Shown: positions 37,550-47,180 of the stretch, one piece after another
How the letters are laid out: each line of letters begins with the position of its first letter
How positions within the stretch are numbered: position 1 is the first letter of the stretch
Assembly (NCBI GenBank): GCA_963783385.1
Contig: CAWANJ010000001.1
Span: 480,001-544,000, forward strand
DNA length: 64,000 nt
DNA from: an uncultured Gemmatimonadales bacterium
Lineage (GTDB): Bacteria > Gemmatimonadota > Gemmatimonadetes > Palauibacterales > Palauibacteraceae
Direction: 5' to 3'
Program-made: the position numbers and the translations under genes
Notes under the pieces: generated by a model
Seen by the model: only the letters and a program-made list of their open reading frames with translations
Database searches by the model: none
What the model was told of the DNA's origin: nothing

Positions 37550-39154
37550 TCAGGACCGCCCCTGGGCCTCGGCCCGAACCATCCGGGCGATCTCCACCCT
37601 GCGGGGCTTCCCTGCCGCGGTCATAGGGAATACATCCATGAAGCGTACGAGGTCCGGGACCTTGTAACTGGCCAGGGCCGAACGGCAGTAGCCGCGCAGC
37701 TCCTCCCCGGTGATGATCGCGCCCTCCACGGGCCGAACGCACGCACACACGAGCTCGCCGAGCACTTCGTTCGGCACGCCCACGACGACGGCGTCCAGCA
37801 CGGCCGGATGCGAACGCAGGTGGTTCTCCACCTCCCGGGGATGGACGTTGTAGCCCCCCCGGATGATCACGTCGCTCTTCCGGCCGACGATCTGCAGGTA
37901 ACCCTTCGTGTCCCTTCGCGCCAGATCGCCGGTTCTGAAGAACCCGTCCCGCGTGAAGGAGGAAGCCGTCTCGGCGGGCTGGCGGAAGTAGCCCCGCATC
38001 ACGTTGAAGCCGCGGATGGCGATCTCCCCGACGGCGTCTCCGGACATCGGCTGACCCTCCCCGTCCAGGAGCCGGACCTCGACCCCCTCCAGCGGCCGGC
38101 CCACGCTCCCGCTCCGGCGCTCCTCGTCGTCGCCGGGCCTCGTGATCGACACGGTGGGTGACGTCTCCGTGAGCCCGTAGGCGATCTCGAGCTGGGGGAC
38201 GAGCTCCCGCCGGACCCTCCGGACCAGCGCCTGACCGACCGGAGCGCCCGCGATGATCCCGGTGCGCAGGCTGGAGAGGTCGTGGTCGGCCAGTCCCTCC
38301 TCCCTGAGGAGCATGACGAACATGGTGGGCACGCCGTGGAGCACCGAGATGCCGTGCTCGTCAATGAGGTCCAGCGTCGCCTCGGGCTCGAACCGTTCCT
38401 GGAGGACGAGCCGCGCGCCCGCCACCAGCGAGGTGAGCAGGGCGGTGCCGAGCCCGAAGATGTGGAACAGCGGAACCGTGCACAGGGTCGCGTCGCCGGG
38501 CTCGAGGCCCAGGGCGCGCGCGGTCGCGACGGCCGTCCTCACCAGGTTCGCCTGCGAGAGCACGACGCCCTTGGACTTCCCGGTGGTTCCCGGCGTGTAG
38601 AAAATGGCGAACGGGTCCTCGTCGGGATCCACCTCGAACGCCGGCAGGTCCCGGCCCTGGCCACTCGACACCAGGTCCTCGAACTGGAAGATGCGGTCGT
38701 CGTACCAGAGGTCCTCTTCGCCGACCGTGACCAGGTACTGGAGGTCCGGCAACTCGAACAGCATGCTCTCGAACAGCTCCAGGTAGTCGATCCCCTCGAA
38801 GCGCTCGGCCGCGACCACGACCGTGGCTTCCGAGTTCCGGAGCATGAACTGGAGCTCGCGGGACGTATAGCCCGGGTTGAGCGGGACGATGATCGCGCCC
38901 AGACGCGCCGCCGCGAACACCGAGATGACGAACTCCGGCCAGTTGGGCAGGTCGATGGCCATCCGGTCGCCGGGCTCGACCCCCAGCTGGTGGAGCCCGG
39001 CGGCCATCGCATCGGCGGCGGAGGCGACCTCCTCGAAGGTCCACGCGCGGTCGCCCGCCACCAGGAAGGGCTCCTCGCCCCGGTGAGCCACCTGCTCACC
39101 GAGGGCGCGGCCGACCGAGCGGATGTCCTCGAAGGTGTCCGTTTGAGCTGACAT
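37550..39154 (-). CDS. AMP-binding acyl-CoA ligase family protein
   Basis: YTPGTTGKSKG, YGLTETSP, FRTGD, GRKSDVIIRGGYN, YKVP. Confidence 0.92.
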   Translation of the reverse strand: MSAQTDTFEDIRSVGRALGEQVAHRGEEPFLVAGDRAWTFEEVASAADAMAAGLHQLGVEPGDRMAIDLPNWPEFVISVFAAARLGAIIVPLNPGYTSRELQFMLRNSEATVVVAAERFEGIDYLELFESMLFELPDLQYLVTVGEEDLWYDDRIFQFEDLVSSGQGRDLPAFEVDPDEDPFAIFYTPGTTGKSKGVVLSQANLVRTAVATARALGLEPGDATLCTVPLFHIFGLGTALLTSLVAGARLVLQERFEPEATLDLIDEHGISVLHGVPTMFVMLLREEGLADHDLSSLRTGIIAGAPVGQALVRRVRRELVPQLEIAYGLTETSPTVSITRPGDDEERRSGSVGRPLEGVEVRLLDGEGQPMSGDAVGEIAIRGFNVMRGYFRQPAETASSFTRDGFFRTGDLARRDTKGYLQIVGRKSDVIIRGGYNVHPREVENHLRSHPAVLDAVVVGVPNEVLGELVCACVRPVEGAIITGEELRGYCRSALASYKVPDLVRFMDVFPMTAAGKPRRVEIARMVRAEAQGRS

Positions 39155-39174
39155 GGAGTTCCCGGCAGCCTGCA

Positions 39175-40419
39175 TCACGCTTCCGGTACCGATTCGCGCG
39201 TCGGCGACGTGCGCCGATCCCGGAGGGTCTCGAAACCGGAATCTGCACCCTCGCTCGCGCCCCGTAAAGCGTCGGCCAGCGCCCCGGTCGACCGGGGACC
39301 GACGAGGGGGTGCGTACAGGCGCCGTCGGAGGCGAGAGCCACGCGGCCGGGCTCGGCCAGGAGCACGGTGCGAACGGCCCCGGCGCGCCCCTTCTTGTCC
39401 GCCGTCGCGGCGACCAGCACCTCCCCGGCGCGGTGCGCCCGCTCCGGGCGTGAACGATGCCCGCAGGCGTCCAGGAGCCCGGCGAGCCGATCGGTCGTCC
39501 CGGGCCGAGTGACACCGAGGAGCTCGCCCAGGCGCGCCTCGACCCGCATGCCGGCCGCGACGGCTTCGCCGTGCAGGAGATCGTAGCCGGAGAGGTGCTC
39601 GAGGGCGTGCCCGACCGTGTGCCCGAAGTTCAACACCGCGCGCCGACCCGACTCCTCGGGATCTCTGCCGACGACCTCCCCCTTGAGCGCCACGCAGCGC
39701 TGCACCAGCGTGCCGATCGACGTCGGTTGGGCCCGCAGGAGGTCCGCGGAGCGCTCATCGATCCACGCGAGCAGATCGGCGTCGGCCACGGCGGCCGTCT
39801 TCACGGCTTCGGCCAGGCCCGCGGTCACGTGCCGCGTCGGCAGGGTGGCGAGGACGCTCGGATCGGCGACCACCACGGCCGGATGATGGAAGGCTCCTAT
39901 CAGGTTCTTGCCGGCGGACGCGTCGAGCCCCGTCTTGCCTCCCACGGAGCTGTCGACCATGGCCAGCAGCGACGTGGGCACCTGGACGATCGGCACTCCC
40001 CTCAGGTAGGTGGCCGCCACGAAGCCCGCCAGGTCGCCGGTGACCCCGCCCCCCAGCGCGACCACCACGCTGTCACGACCATGTCCCGCCTCGAGGAGTG
40101 CGTCTGTCAGGGAGGCCCACGTGGCGCGGGTCTTGGACGACTCTCCCTCGGGGAAGACGTGCAGGTCGGCATCCAGGCCCTCGCGGACGAACGCGGCCAG
40201 GACCCGCTCTCCGTAGAGCTCCGCCACCCTGGCATCCGACAGGACGGCATACCGGTGCGCCGGCGCGGCCACGCGGCACTTCTCCCCCAGACGGTCCAGC
40301 AGCCCCTCGCCGACGAGGACCTCGTAGAAGGCTCCGGCACGAGCGGGAACCCTCACGGCGAGCCGCTCTTCGTCGTCCCCCGGGCGTTCGCCCCGGAAGC
40401 GGCTCGACGTGTTCGTCAC
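39175..40419 (-). CDS. aroB: 3-dehydroquinate synthase
   Basis: GESSK, LGGGVTGDLAGF, VPTSLLAMVDSSVGGKTG, LNFGHT.GHALE, HGEAV; GTGA overlap at start. Confidence 0.96.
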   Translation of the reverse strand: MTNTSSRFRGERPGDDEERLAVRVPARAGAFYEVLVGEGLLDRLGEKCRVAAPAHRYAVLSDARVAELYGERVLAAFVREGLDADLHVFPEGESSKTRATWASLTDALLEAGHGRDSVVVALGGGVTGDLAGFVAATYLRGVPIVQVPTSLLAMVDSSVGGKTGLDASAGKNLIGAFHHPAVVVADPSVLATLPTRHVTAGLAEAVKTAAVADADLLAWIDERSADLLRAQPTSIGTLVQRCVALKGEVVGRDPEESGRRAVLNFGHTVGHALEHLSGYDLLHGEAVAAGMRVEARLGELLGVTRPGTTDRLAGLLDACGHRSRPERAHRAGEVLVAATADKKGRAGAVRTVLLAEPGRVALASDGACTHPLVGPRSTGALADALRGASEGADSGFETLRDRRTSPTRESVPEA

Positions 40420-41906
40420 GAGCCGCCCGCCAGCCGGAAGCGGGCAGCCGCCCGGATCGGCGCCGCGTCGACGCCCAGCGGACGATCGATGACGAGCACG
40501 GTGGGCCGGCCTTCCGTGGTCTCCCGGGAGACGGTGATCACACGCCCCACACCGGGAATCGTGTCCGCCGCGGAAAGGCCGCCCGGACCGGAGTGCGACC
40601 TCGCTCCACGGCTCCCGTACCGGGCCGCGAACGCCTCGCCCACGGCGGCGGAGAACGCGGCCGCGGCTTCGGGCCCGTCCCACACGCTGGCCCACACGAA
40701 CGCCTCGGCACAGGGGGGAGCGGCCGAACCGGCTCCGCCCGTGCGGCTGCGGGCCGCGCATCGGCGCAGCAGGCGATAGCGGTCGCCGTCCCAGCCCCTC
40801 GCCGCGGAGCGCGTCCGGGCCGTGTCCCCCAGAAAGGTCGACAGGAAGAAGCGCGTCTCGAACTCGCCCAGGTCATCGGTGTGTGCGTCCCGCCAGCCGC
40901 CTTCCAGGGCCGCCGAATCGGCCGTGAATCGGATCTCGGTCGGCACGTCCCGGGCATCCGAGAGAAAGTGGGCCGGATGGAGGACCTGCTCGGTGGAGGT
41001 CGGCATGTCCACGCCCAGCGGCGCGGGACGGCCCGGGTGGCCCTCCCACAGCGCCTGGATGAAGGACAGCCCCGCCTGGTACGGAAACACCAGCGACGCC
41101 CGAATGAAGGGCGGGGCGGCAGCCAGCTCGGGCATGCTGGACGCGCCCGCCGACAGGAGGTCGGTTCCCGAAACCATGTCCACCAGCGAGCGCATGGTCG
41201 TGAGGTCGACGTCCGCGCCGGTACGCTGGCGAAGGAGCCACTCGAGCATCACGTAGGTGGCCTGTCCCTCCAGGGCCGCGTGCGCCGCGGTCGAGGCGTC
41301 GTTGTCCTCCTGGCGCGCCCGCATCAGGGAGTCGAGGTCCATGTGCTCGTCCTGGAGGGCGTGGGTCATCTCGTGCACGAGGACAGGCCGGAACTCGGCG
41401 TCGGCCACGCCCTCCCGGACGTACAGCGTGTCCCGTCCGGGATCGTAGTAGCCGACGACCTGCTCCAGATAGAGCTTCCGGAGGAAGGTCGGGAGGTCCA
41501 GGCTGTCGGGGAGCAGGCCGAGGCGCGCGTAGGTCTCCTCGACGGCCCGGGCGCGGGCCGGGGGAAGGGCTTCCTCGAACTCTCCCAGCATGTAGGTCTC
41601 GAGCCGCTTCCTGGTGGTGCGCGCCACCGCCAGCGGTCGCGTGGCGGCCAGGCCGCTCTCGCGCTCCACGGCGGGAAGCACCTCACGGGCCACCCGAACG
41701 AGGGCCGTGTCCCCGCCTCCGACCAGGCCGGCGGTCGCGGAGTCCGATCGCGCGGCGGCCATCGTGTCGGTGGCCGCGGGGGCGGCCCGGACGCCGGTCT
41801 CGCCGCCGCACGCCGCGAGCAGCGTCGCCAGGACCAATCCGAGGACGCTCACGGGTCGACCCGCCGGACGGGCGCGCCCGTCCGGGTGTCGCTCAGGGCG
41901 ACGCAT
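40416..41906 (-). CDS. Lipoprotein with gluzincin metalloprotease motif
   Basis: Lipobox LLAA-C; GYYDP, HEMTHALQD, EGQA, FPYQAG, STEQVLHP, GWDGD. Confidence 0.75.
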   Translation of the reverse strand: MRRPERHPDGRARPAGRPVSVLGLVLATLLAACGGETGVRAAPAATDTMAAARSDSATAGLVGGGDTALVRVAREVLPAVERESGLAATRPLAVARTTRKRLETYMLGEFEEALPPARARAVEETYARLGLLPDSLDLPTFLRKLYLEQVVGYYDPGRDTLYVREGVADAEFRPVLVHEMTHALQDEHMDLDSLMRARQEDNDASTAAHAALEGQATYVMLEWLLRQRTGADVDLTTMRSLVDMVSGTDLLSAGASSMPELAAAPPFIRASLVFPYQAGLSFIQALWEGHPGRPAPLGVDMPTSTEQVLHPAHFLSDARDVPTEIRFTADSAALEGGWRDAHTDDLGEFETRFFLSTFLGDTARTRSAARGWDGDRYRLLRRCAARSRTGGAGSAAPPCAEAFVWASVWDGPEAAAAFSAAVGEAFAARYGSRGARSHSGPGGLSAADTIPGVGRVITVSRETTEGRPTVLVIDRPLGVDAAPIRAAARFRLAGGS

Positions 41907-42477
41907 CGTCCCTCTTCCTCCACTTTCCCCTCGACGAACCCGTCCCCTCATCCCCGTTCTCCACGGTCGGCGGAGCGTCACCGAAGCGCCGCACTCCGCT
42001 CGCGTCCACGCCTTCGGTCAGCTCGGCGACGCTCCGACCCAGCACCGGGTGCCGCCAGTCCGGCGCCAGGTCCCGGAGCGGCACGAGCACGAAGGCCCGC
42101 TCCGCCATGCGCGGATGCGGCACCTCCAGGTCGGCGTCGCTGAAGACGCTGCCGCCATACAGGAGCAGGTCCAGGTCGAGCGTCCTGGGCCCGAAGCGCC
42201 GCCCCGTCCGTCGCCGGCCCGCGGTCCGCTCCACGCGCAGCATCGCCTCCAGCAGGGTTCGGGCCGGCAGGTCCGTGCTCCCCACGCAGCACAGGTTGAG
42301 GTAGTCCGGCTGTCGCACGTCCCCGAACGGGGTCGTCTCGTACACCGGAGACACCGCCATCTCCGAGAGGATCCGGCCCAGGGCCCGGAGGCCCCGCGCC
42401 AGATGCCGTTCTCGGGCGCCAAGGTTCGAGCCCATGCCGATGGCGACCTGCACGGGCCCAGCGGCGCGCGTCCTCAT
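41893..42477 (-). CDS. folK: 2-amino-4-hydroxy-6-hydroxymethyldihydropteridine diphosphokinase
   Basis: GMGSNLG, QPDYLN, GPRTLDLDLL, PHPRMAERAFVLVPL. Confidence 0.96.
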   Translation of the reverse strand: MRTRAAGPVQVAIGMGSNLGARERHLARGLRALGRILSEMAVSPVYETTPFGDVRQPDYLNLCCVGSTDLPARTLLEAMLRVERTAGRRRTGRRFGPRTLDLDLLLYGGSVFSDADLEVPHPRMAERAFVLVPLRDLAPDWRHPVLGRSVAELTEGVDASGVRRFGDAPPTVENGDEGTGSSRGKWRKRDDASP

Positions 42478-42742
42478 CGGGCCCTCCTGGCGGCGGCGCC
42501 GCCGCCGCCCGCGCGCGTCGTCGCCTTCGACACCTTGTCGCGCGTACGGGAAGGGCTTATGCTCACCGACCACGCGCAGTAAGCAGACACCCCCCCGGAG
42601 GGATCGGGATGGGTGTACCCTACTCGCGCACAATGCGTTATCTTTGGCGCATGCTGCGACTTGGGTTCCTTGTCGGGCGTCCAGTGCGGGGCCGGTCGGG
42701 CGCTCACCATCTTTGACAGGAGGAGAGGAGGGCAGCCGAACC

Positions 42743-43411
42743 ATGTCTAAAACCAAGTGGTTGACGGGCGTGATCGTCCTCGGAGCGTTGGGTCTGTCGC
42801 TGTCGGCAACCCGGGCCCGGGCGCAGGACAACCGAATCACCGTGGATCTCCGCGGTGGCTATGCGATTCCAGTCGCCGACGCGCATGTGCTCTGGAAGGC
42901 CGGCCCCAACGCGGGCATCGGTGTGGCCTACTGGCTCAACCCGCGGCTGGCCGTGCGCGCCGACGGGGAGGCCGACTTCCTGAGCGGCAAGAGCAGTGCC
43001 GACCTGGGGGCCATTTCGGGTGGGTTCAACGTTCCCAACCTGAAGATCTACCACTTCGGTGGCGGCCTCGAGTGGCTGGCTCTGGACCCCGACAACACCA
43101 TGTGGCGCATCAACTTCAACGTCGGGATCGGTGGCAGTCACCTGAAGACCGACAACTACCCGGCCGGGTTGACGGAGCCAACGCCATCGGCCGCGAACCT
43201 CAGCAAAACGTACTGGTCCGGATACGGCGGTGGCCGGATCGGCTACCAGTTCCACCCGAACATCGAGTTCTCGATCGGCGGACAGGTCCACTATATCCTG
43301 ACCGACCACAATGACTTCGTGGCCTTCGGTCAGTTCATTCCGGGCGGCGCCGCCCAGTGGAACGACCTGTGGACGTTTCCGATCCAGGGCGAGTTCACCT
43401 TCCACTTCTAG
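42743..43411 (+). CDS. Outer-membrane beta-barrel protein
   Basis: GGAGG then ATG 42743; signal peptide ending ARA-Q; amphipathic strands; C-terminal EFTFHF Bam signal. Confidence 0.8.
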   Translation: MSKTKWLTGVIVLGALGLSLSATRARAQDNRITVDLRGGYAIPVADAHVLWKAGPNAGIGVAYWLNPRLAVRADGEADFLSGKSSADLGAISGGFNVPNLKIYHFGGGLEWLALDPDNTMWRINFNVGIGGSHLKTDNYPAGLTEPTPSAANLSKTYWSGYGGGRIGYQFHPNIEFSIGGQVHYILTDHNDFVAFGQFIPGGAAQWNDLWTFPIQGEFTFHF

Positions 43412-43448
43412 AGCGAATCCTCCCGGCCGTGACGGCCGGAGATCGTGC

Positions 43449-43483
43449 GAGGGGGGCCGGTCACCGGCCCCCCTCTTTCTTTT
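43449..43483 (+). terminator. Rho-independent terminator
   Basis: GAGGGGGGCCGG-TCA-CCGGCCCCCCTC then TTTCTTTT. Confidence 0.8.
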
Positions 43484-44696
43484 CGGGGTCCCGCCACCAC
43501 GCCGCCCGCTCACGCACGTCCGAAGGGATCTCGACCCGGAAGGCTGCCAGGATCGGCGGTGTCGCCCCACCGGGCGCCAGGAGAGCGTACAGGTTTCCCC
43601 CGGCGAGGTCGTAGGCGACGATCCTGCCGGGTACGTCCACGGTGGCCAGATACAGCCCGGCGCGCGTCAGAAGGTCGAGGCGCGCCGTCCCGCTACCGCC
43701 CAGGAAGGCCGGCGTCTGCCGCAACAGCGCGTATAGCCCCGAGGCCGAGTCGAACCGTACCCCCCGGTAGACGTGCTCGACCCGCTGGAGGCGCACCTCG
43801 CGCTCCACCATCGCGTCGAGGACGCTGCCCTCGAGCTTCGAGTCCATCTCCGCCGCCCTGGCGCGATACAGTCGGCGCAGGGTATCGAGCTCCGCCGCCG
43901 AGGCCGTGTCGGCCGCACGTTGGATGCCGAACTCCGAGAGCATGGCGCCCGTATCCCCTACGGCCATGACGACGGGACGCGTGCACGCCAGCACCAGCAG
44001 ACGTCCGCCGCCTCCGTCCATCTTCCAGCAGTCGAAGTCCATGACCTCCGGGGCGATACGAGAGTGGACGTCTCCCGGGAGGAAGGGATGGCCGATCGTG
44101 TCCGTCACCACGTAACGTCTCCACGCCACCCCGCCGCCCCCGGCTTCGAGCGAGAGGACGGTCGTGTCGTCGAGCGGAAACAGGCTGCGGCCGTCGGCGT
44201 CGAGGCGGATGCGGTGGACTTCGTGTCCGTCGGAAGGGTAGACGGCCAGCTCCTGGTGCGATCCGACCACCACCCGACCCGGGAGGGCCAGCAGGGTCAC
44301 GAGCGAGTCCCTGCCGCCGGGCGCCGAGGTCGGCCAGCCGCCTCGGGTGGCCCCGTCGCCAGCGTCGAACACGTCGACCCGGCCGCCGCGACGATCGAGG
44401 AGGTAGAGCCGGGATTCGTCCACGGCCAGGGAGGGGTCCGGGTTCCAGACCGGCCCCTCGAGGAGCGAATCCGGGAGGGAGTCCCTCCACACCGGGGCGA
44501 GCCGGATGGCTCCCGAATCGAGAACCGGCGTCGCCGGGCTGCGAACCACCGTGACGCCCCCCACGGTGTCGACCGTGCCCTCCCAGCGGGGTCCCCCGAG
44601 CTGGGAGATCATCCGACACCCCGACGCCACCACCCCGGCCAGCAGGACGAGGATCACGCCCCGGCCCGGAGCTCCCGGCCCTCCGCCCCCGATCAC
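43461..44696 (-). CDS. Lipoprotein, probable 6-bladed beta-propeller
   Basis: Lipobox VASG-C; DTVGGVTVVRS; LAVD...LYLLD...VDVFD blade pattern; LDLLTRAGLYLATV. Confidence 0.6.
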   Translation of the reverse strand: MIGGGGPGAPGRGVILVLLAGVVASGCRMISQLGGPRWEGTVDTVGGVTVVRSPATPVLDSGAIRLAPVWRDSLPDSLLEGPVWNPDPSLAVDESRLYLLDRRGGRVDVFDAGDGATRGGWPTSAPGGRDSLVTLLALPGRVVVGSHQELAVYPSDGHEVHRIRLDADGRSLFPLDDTTVLSLEAGGGGVAWRRYVVTDTIGHPFLPGDVHSRIAPEVMDFDCWKMDGGGGRLLVLACTRPVVMAVGDTGAMLSEFGIQRAADTASAAELDTLRRLYRARAAEMDSKLEGSVLDAMVEREVRLQRVEHVYRGVRFDSASGLYALLRQTPAFLGGSGTARLDLLTRAGLYLATVDVPGRIVAYDLAGGNLYALLAPGGATPPILAAFRVEIPSDVRERAAWWRDPEKKEGGR

Positions 44697-44697
44697 C

Positions 44698-45513
44698 TCA
44701 GTGGTGCCTGCCGTCCCGGGTCCACACGATGATCGTGGCGCACTGACCGGTGAAGCCACGGTAGACGAACTGCGGTGGCGTCTCCGAGCCGCTGCGGTAA
44801 ATCTCCATGGCGAGGATGGCCTCGGGGGACAGGTCGTCGATCGCGAGGTTCGGCATCGGCTGGTTGTTCACCCAGATGAAGGGCGTGCACCAGCGCTGGC
44901 CCCGAGGCACCCTGATGGAGGTGTGACCGACGGTCGACTCTCCGACCGAGATCCCCGGGAGTCCCCGGAGCAGATCCGCCGATTTGTTGGCGCGCTCTCG
45001 CTTCCTGTCGACCTCTGCCGGCGTCAGGAACACGCCCTGCCGGGAGCGGCGCCGGTTCTCGAACCCCGCCAGCCGGTCGATCGGGAGCATGTGACGCACC
45101 GTGACGTGGATGTCCTCGAGCTGGAGGACCGTCTCGCTGAGCATGAGCGTCGCCGTCGTGACCCGGTTCCCCTGCAGCGAGATGGGCACCGATTGGTTGG
45201 CGAAGCCGATGAGCCGGACGTGCAGCGTGTCGGGGCCCGCCGGCACTCCGGACAGGACGAAGTGGCCCGTGCTGTCCGTGTACGTGCCGACGCCCGCCTG
45301 CAGGAGCGAGACCTGCGCGTTGTGCAGGGGCCCGCCCGTCATGGCCGACACCACCTGCCCGCGAAGCACCGCCGTCGTGTCCTTCTCCGCAGCGGCCCCC
45401 TGGGCGACCATGTCCCTGGCGCCCAGGAAGATCGCGGCAGCCGCCAGGGCCGCGCACAGGAGGTAGCGCCCGGGTCCGGGCCCGGCCCGGACGATCGTCG
45501 TTGAGGTGCCCAT
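44698..45513 (-). CDS. Carboxypeptidase-regulatory-like domain + TonB plug domain protein lacking a beta-barrel
   Basis: Signal peptide; GQV..PL.NAQV..TDSTGHF..G; LEDIHVT; ADLLRGLPG...DDLSPEAILAMEIY...IIVWTR then stop. Confidence 0.8.
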   Translation of the reverse strand: MGTSTTIVRAGPGPGRYLLCAALAAAAIFLGARDMVAQGAAAEKDTTAVLRGQVVSAMTGGPLHNAQVSLLQAGVGTYTDSTGHFVLSGVPAGPDTLHVRLIGFANQSVPISLQGNRVTTATLMLSETVLQLEDIHVTVRHMLPIDRLAGFENRRRSRQGVFLTPAEVDRKRERANKSADLLRGLPGISVGESTVGHTSIRVPRGQRWCTPFIWVNNQPMPNLAIDDLSPEAILAMEIYRSGSETPPQFVYRGFTGQCATIIVWTRDGRHH

Positions 45514-45729
45514 GCGTACGCTCATCTCGACTGCCAGGCTCCGGAGGGTCGCGCGGTCCGCGAGGGGGCTCACATCGCCTGCAGCTAATATGGTCCTCGG
45601 CTCCTCCGGGTTCCCTGATGCACGAAGCGGGGATGCCGCCACAAAGGCGACACCCCCGCTCCGGTCCGGGCCGCCCTCCGGCCCCGAGGGGTCGGAGGGC
45701 TCACGCCGGCGCTCAGTCCGCCCGAAGCC

Positions 45730-47160
45730 CTAGGGCTGCGAGACGTCGCACATGCTGAGCTGGTAATTCGTGTTGTTCTGCTCGTTGAACGCGATCTGGA
45801 AAGCCACGTCCGTCCCGAACGTGCCGCCCTTGTAGTAGGGCCCGGACGGGAACACGTCGGCCTCGTTGCGCCCGTACTGCCGGATGAGCCGGCGCAGGTC
45901 GCCGAGCCGGTGGCCCGTGGCGTACAGCCAGAAGGCGCGCTCCCTGAACATCGTGTCCACGCGAGCAGCCGGAGTCCCTGGATCGGTGATCGCAGGCAGG
46001 CTCGTGGCCGTGACCTGGTTCGAGAACCCGAAGTCGTTGGGCTCGGGCGGATCGTAGCGCGCCGCGAGCAGGTTCTGAACGTCAGCGCGCAGGGCATTCA
46101 GCTTGCTCAGCCACGTGCCGGGGTCGCCGTTGTTGAGTGCCGCCTCGGCCTCGATCAGACGGGCCTCGATGCCATCGGCCAGGACCACGTTGGAGCCCTG
46201 GAGAGGATAGCGGAGGCCCACGTACTGCGGAATCGTCTGGTCGAAACCGCCGCTCGGATCCTGCGCCCACGGCACCCGCGGGTCGTTGGCCGACCGGAAG
46301 TTCAGGCCATTGCCGCCCGTACCGTCCGGGTCCGCCACGGCCGTACCCGCCTGACCGTTGGCCACCGAGTAGCGGCCGTTGCTCATCAGGTTGAAGATCG
46401 GGTTTTGGTCCGCGCTCACGGCGGCGTTGTGGTAGATGAGGAAGATGAAGTCGGTCGGCACGGACGACACCGCGGCCGCCGCCCCCGCGTAATCCCCGTT
46501 GTCCAGCAGCGCCCGCGCCTTACCGACCATGGCCAGGTATTTCCGCTGGTTGTCCTTGGCCGCCGAGATGGCGGCGTCGAACGTGTCCGCGGCGGCCGAG
46601 AACATCTGGGCCGTCGTCAGCGGAGTGCCCAGGTCGGTGGGCGCGAAGTTCTCCGTGCTGCTGAAGGGAATGTTGGAGCAGAAATTCTCGCCCATGGCCG
46701 TGTAGTCGTAGCCAATGTAGCTCTTCAGCTCGCTGATCCGCGGATCAGCGGCCGACGCGTCGGCCATCAGCTTCTGCGCCGACACGGCCGAAGCGCGGGC
46801 AATGTGCAGGTTCCCGTACGCCGCGTCCGTCGTGTTGCCGTTCTGCGGCGTGAACTGGTCCCTCTGGTCGGTGTGCGTCCGGGTGCTGAACGTCCCGGAC
46901 GAATACATCTCGTCCGTGAAGTCGGCCACCGTCGAGAGGATCTCGTCATCCAGCCCGTGGCCGCTGTAGGCCTGCTGGAAGTCCGACAGCGCTCCCGCGA
47001 ACGCCACATCGGGCGTCAGGTTCGCCGGGGTGGCGCGCTCGGGATCGACCACCTGGAGCGCGTTCCCCTTGCAGGCTCCCGCGACGAGCGGGAGCCCGAG
47101 AGCCAGGAGCCAAACCATCGGCAACCCGGCCCGGCCGTTATTTCGTGAAAGATATCTCAT
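45730..47160 (-). CDS. susD: SusD/RagB family outer-membrane lipoprotein (pair 1)
   Basis: Lipobox VAGA-C; EARLIEAEA, LNALRA, ERAFWLYATGHRLGDLRRL; directly downstream of susC. Confidence 0.88.
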   Translation of the reverse strand: MRYLSRNNGRAGLPMVWLLALGLPLVAGACKGNALQVVDPERATPANLTPDVAFAGALSDFQQAYSGHGLDDEILSTVADFTDEMYSSGTFSTRTHTDQRDQFTPQNGNTTDAAYGNLHIARASAVSAQKLMADASAADPRISELKSYIGYDYTAMGENFCSNIPFSSTENFAPTDLGTPLTTAQMFSAAADTFDAAISAAKDNQRKYLAMVGKARALLDNGDYAGAAAAVSSVPTDFIFLIYHNAAVSADQNPIFNLMSNGRYSVANGQAGTAVADPDGTGGNGLNFRSANDPRVPWAQDPSGGFDQTIPQYVGLRYPLQGSNVVLADGIEARLIEAEAALNNGDPGTWLSKLNALRADVQNLLAARYDPPEPNDFGFSNQVTATSLPAITDPGTPAARVDTMFRERAFWLYATGHRLGDLRRLIRQYGRNEADVFPSGPYYKGGTFGTDVAFQIAFNEQNNTNYQLSMCDVSQP

Positions 47161-47180
47161 GGCTCTATCGTCCTCCTGCC

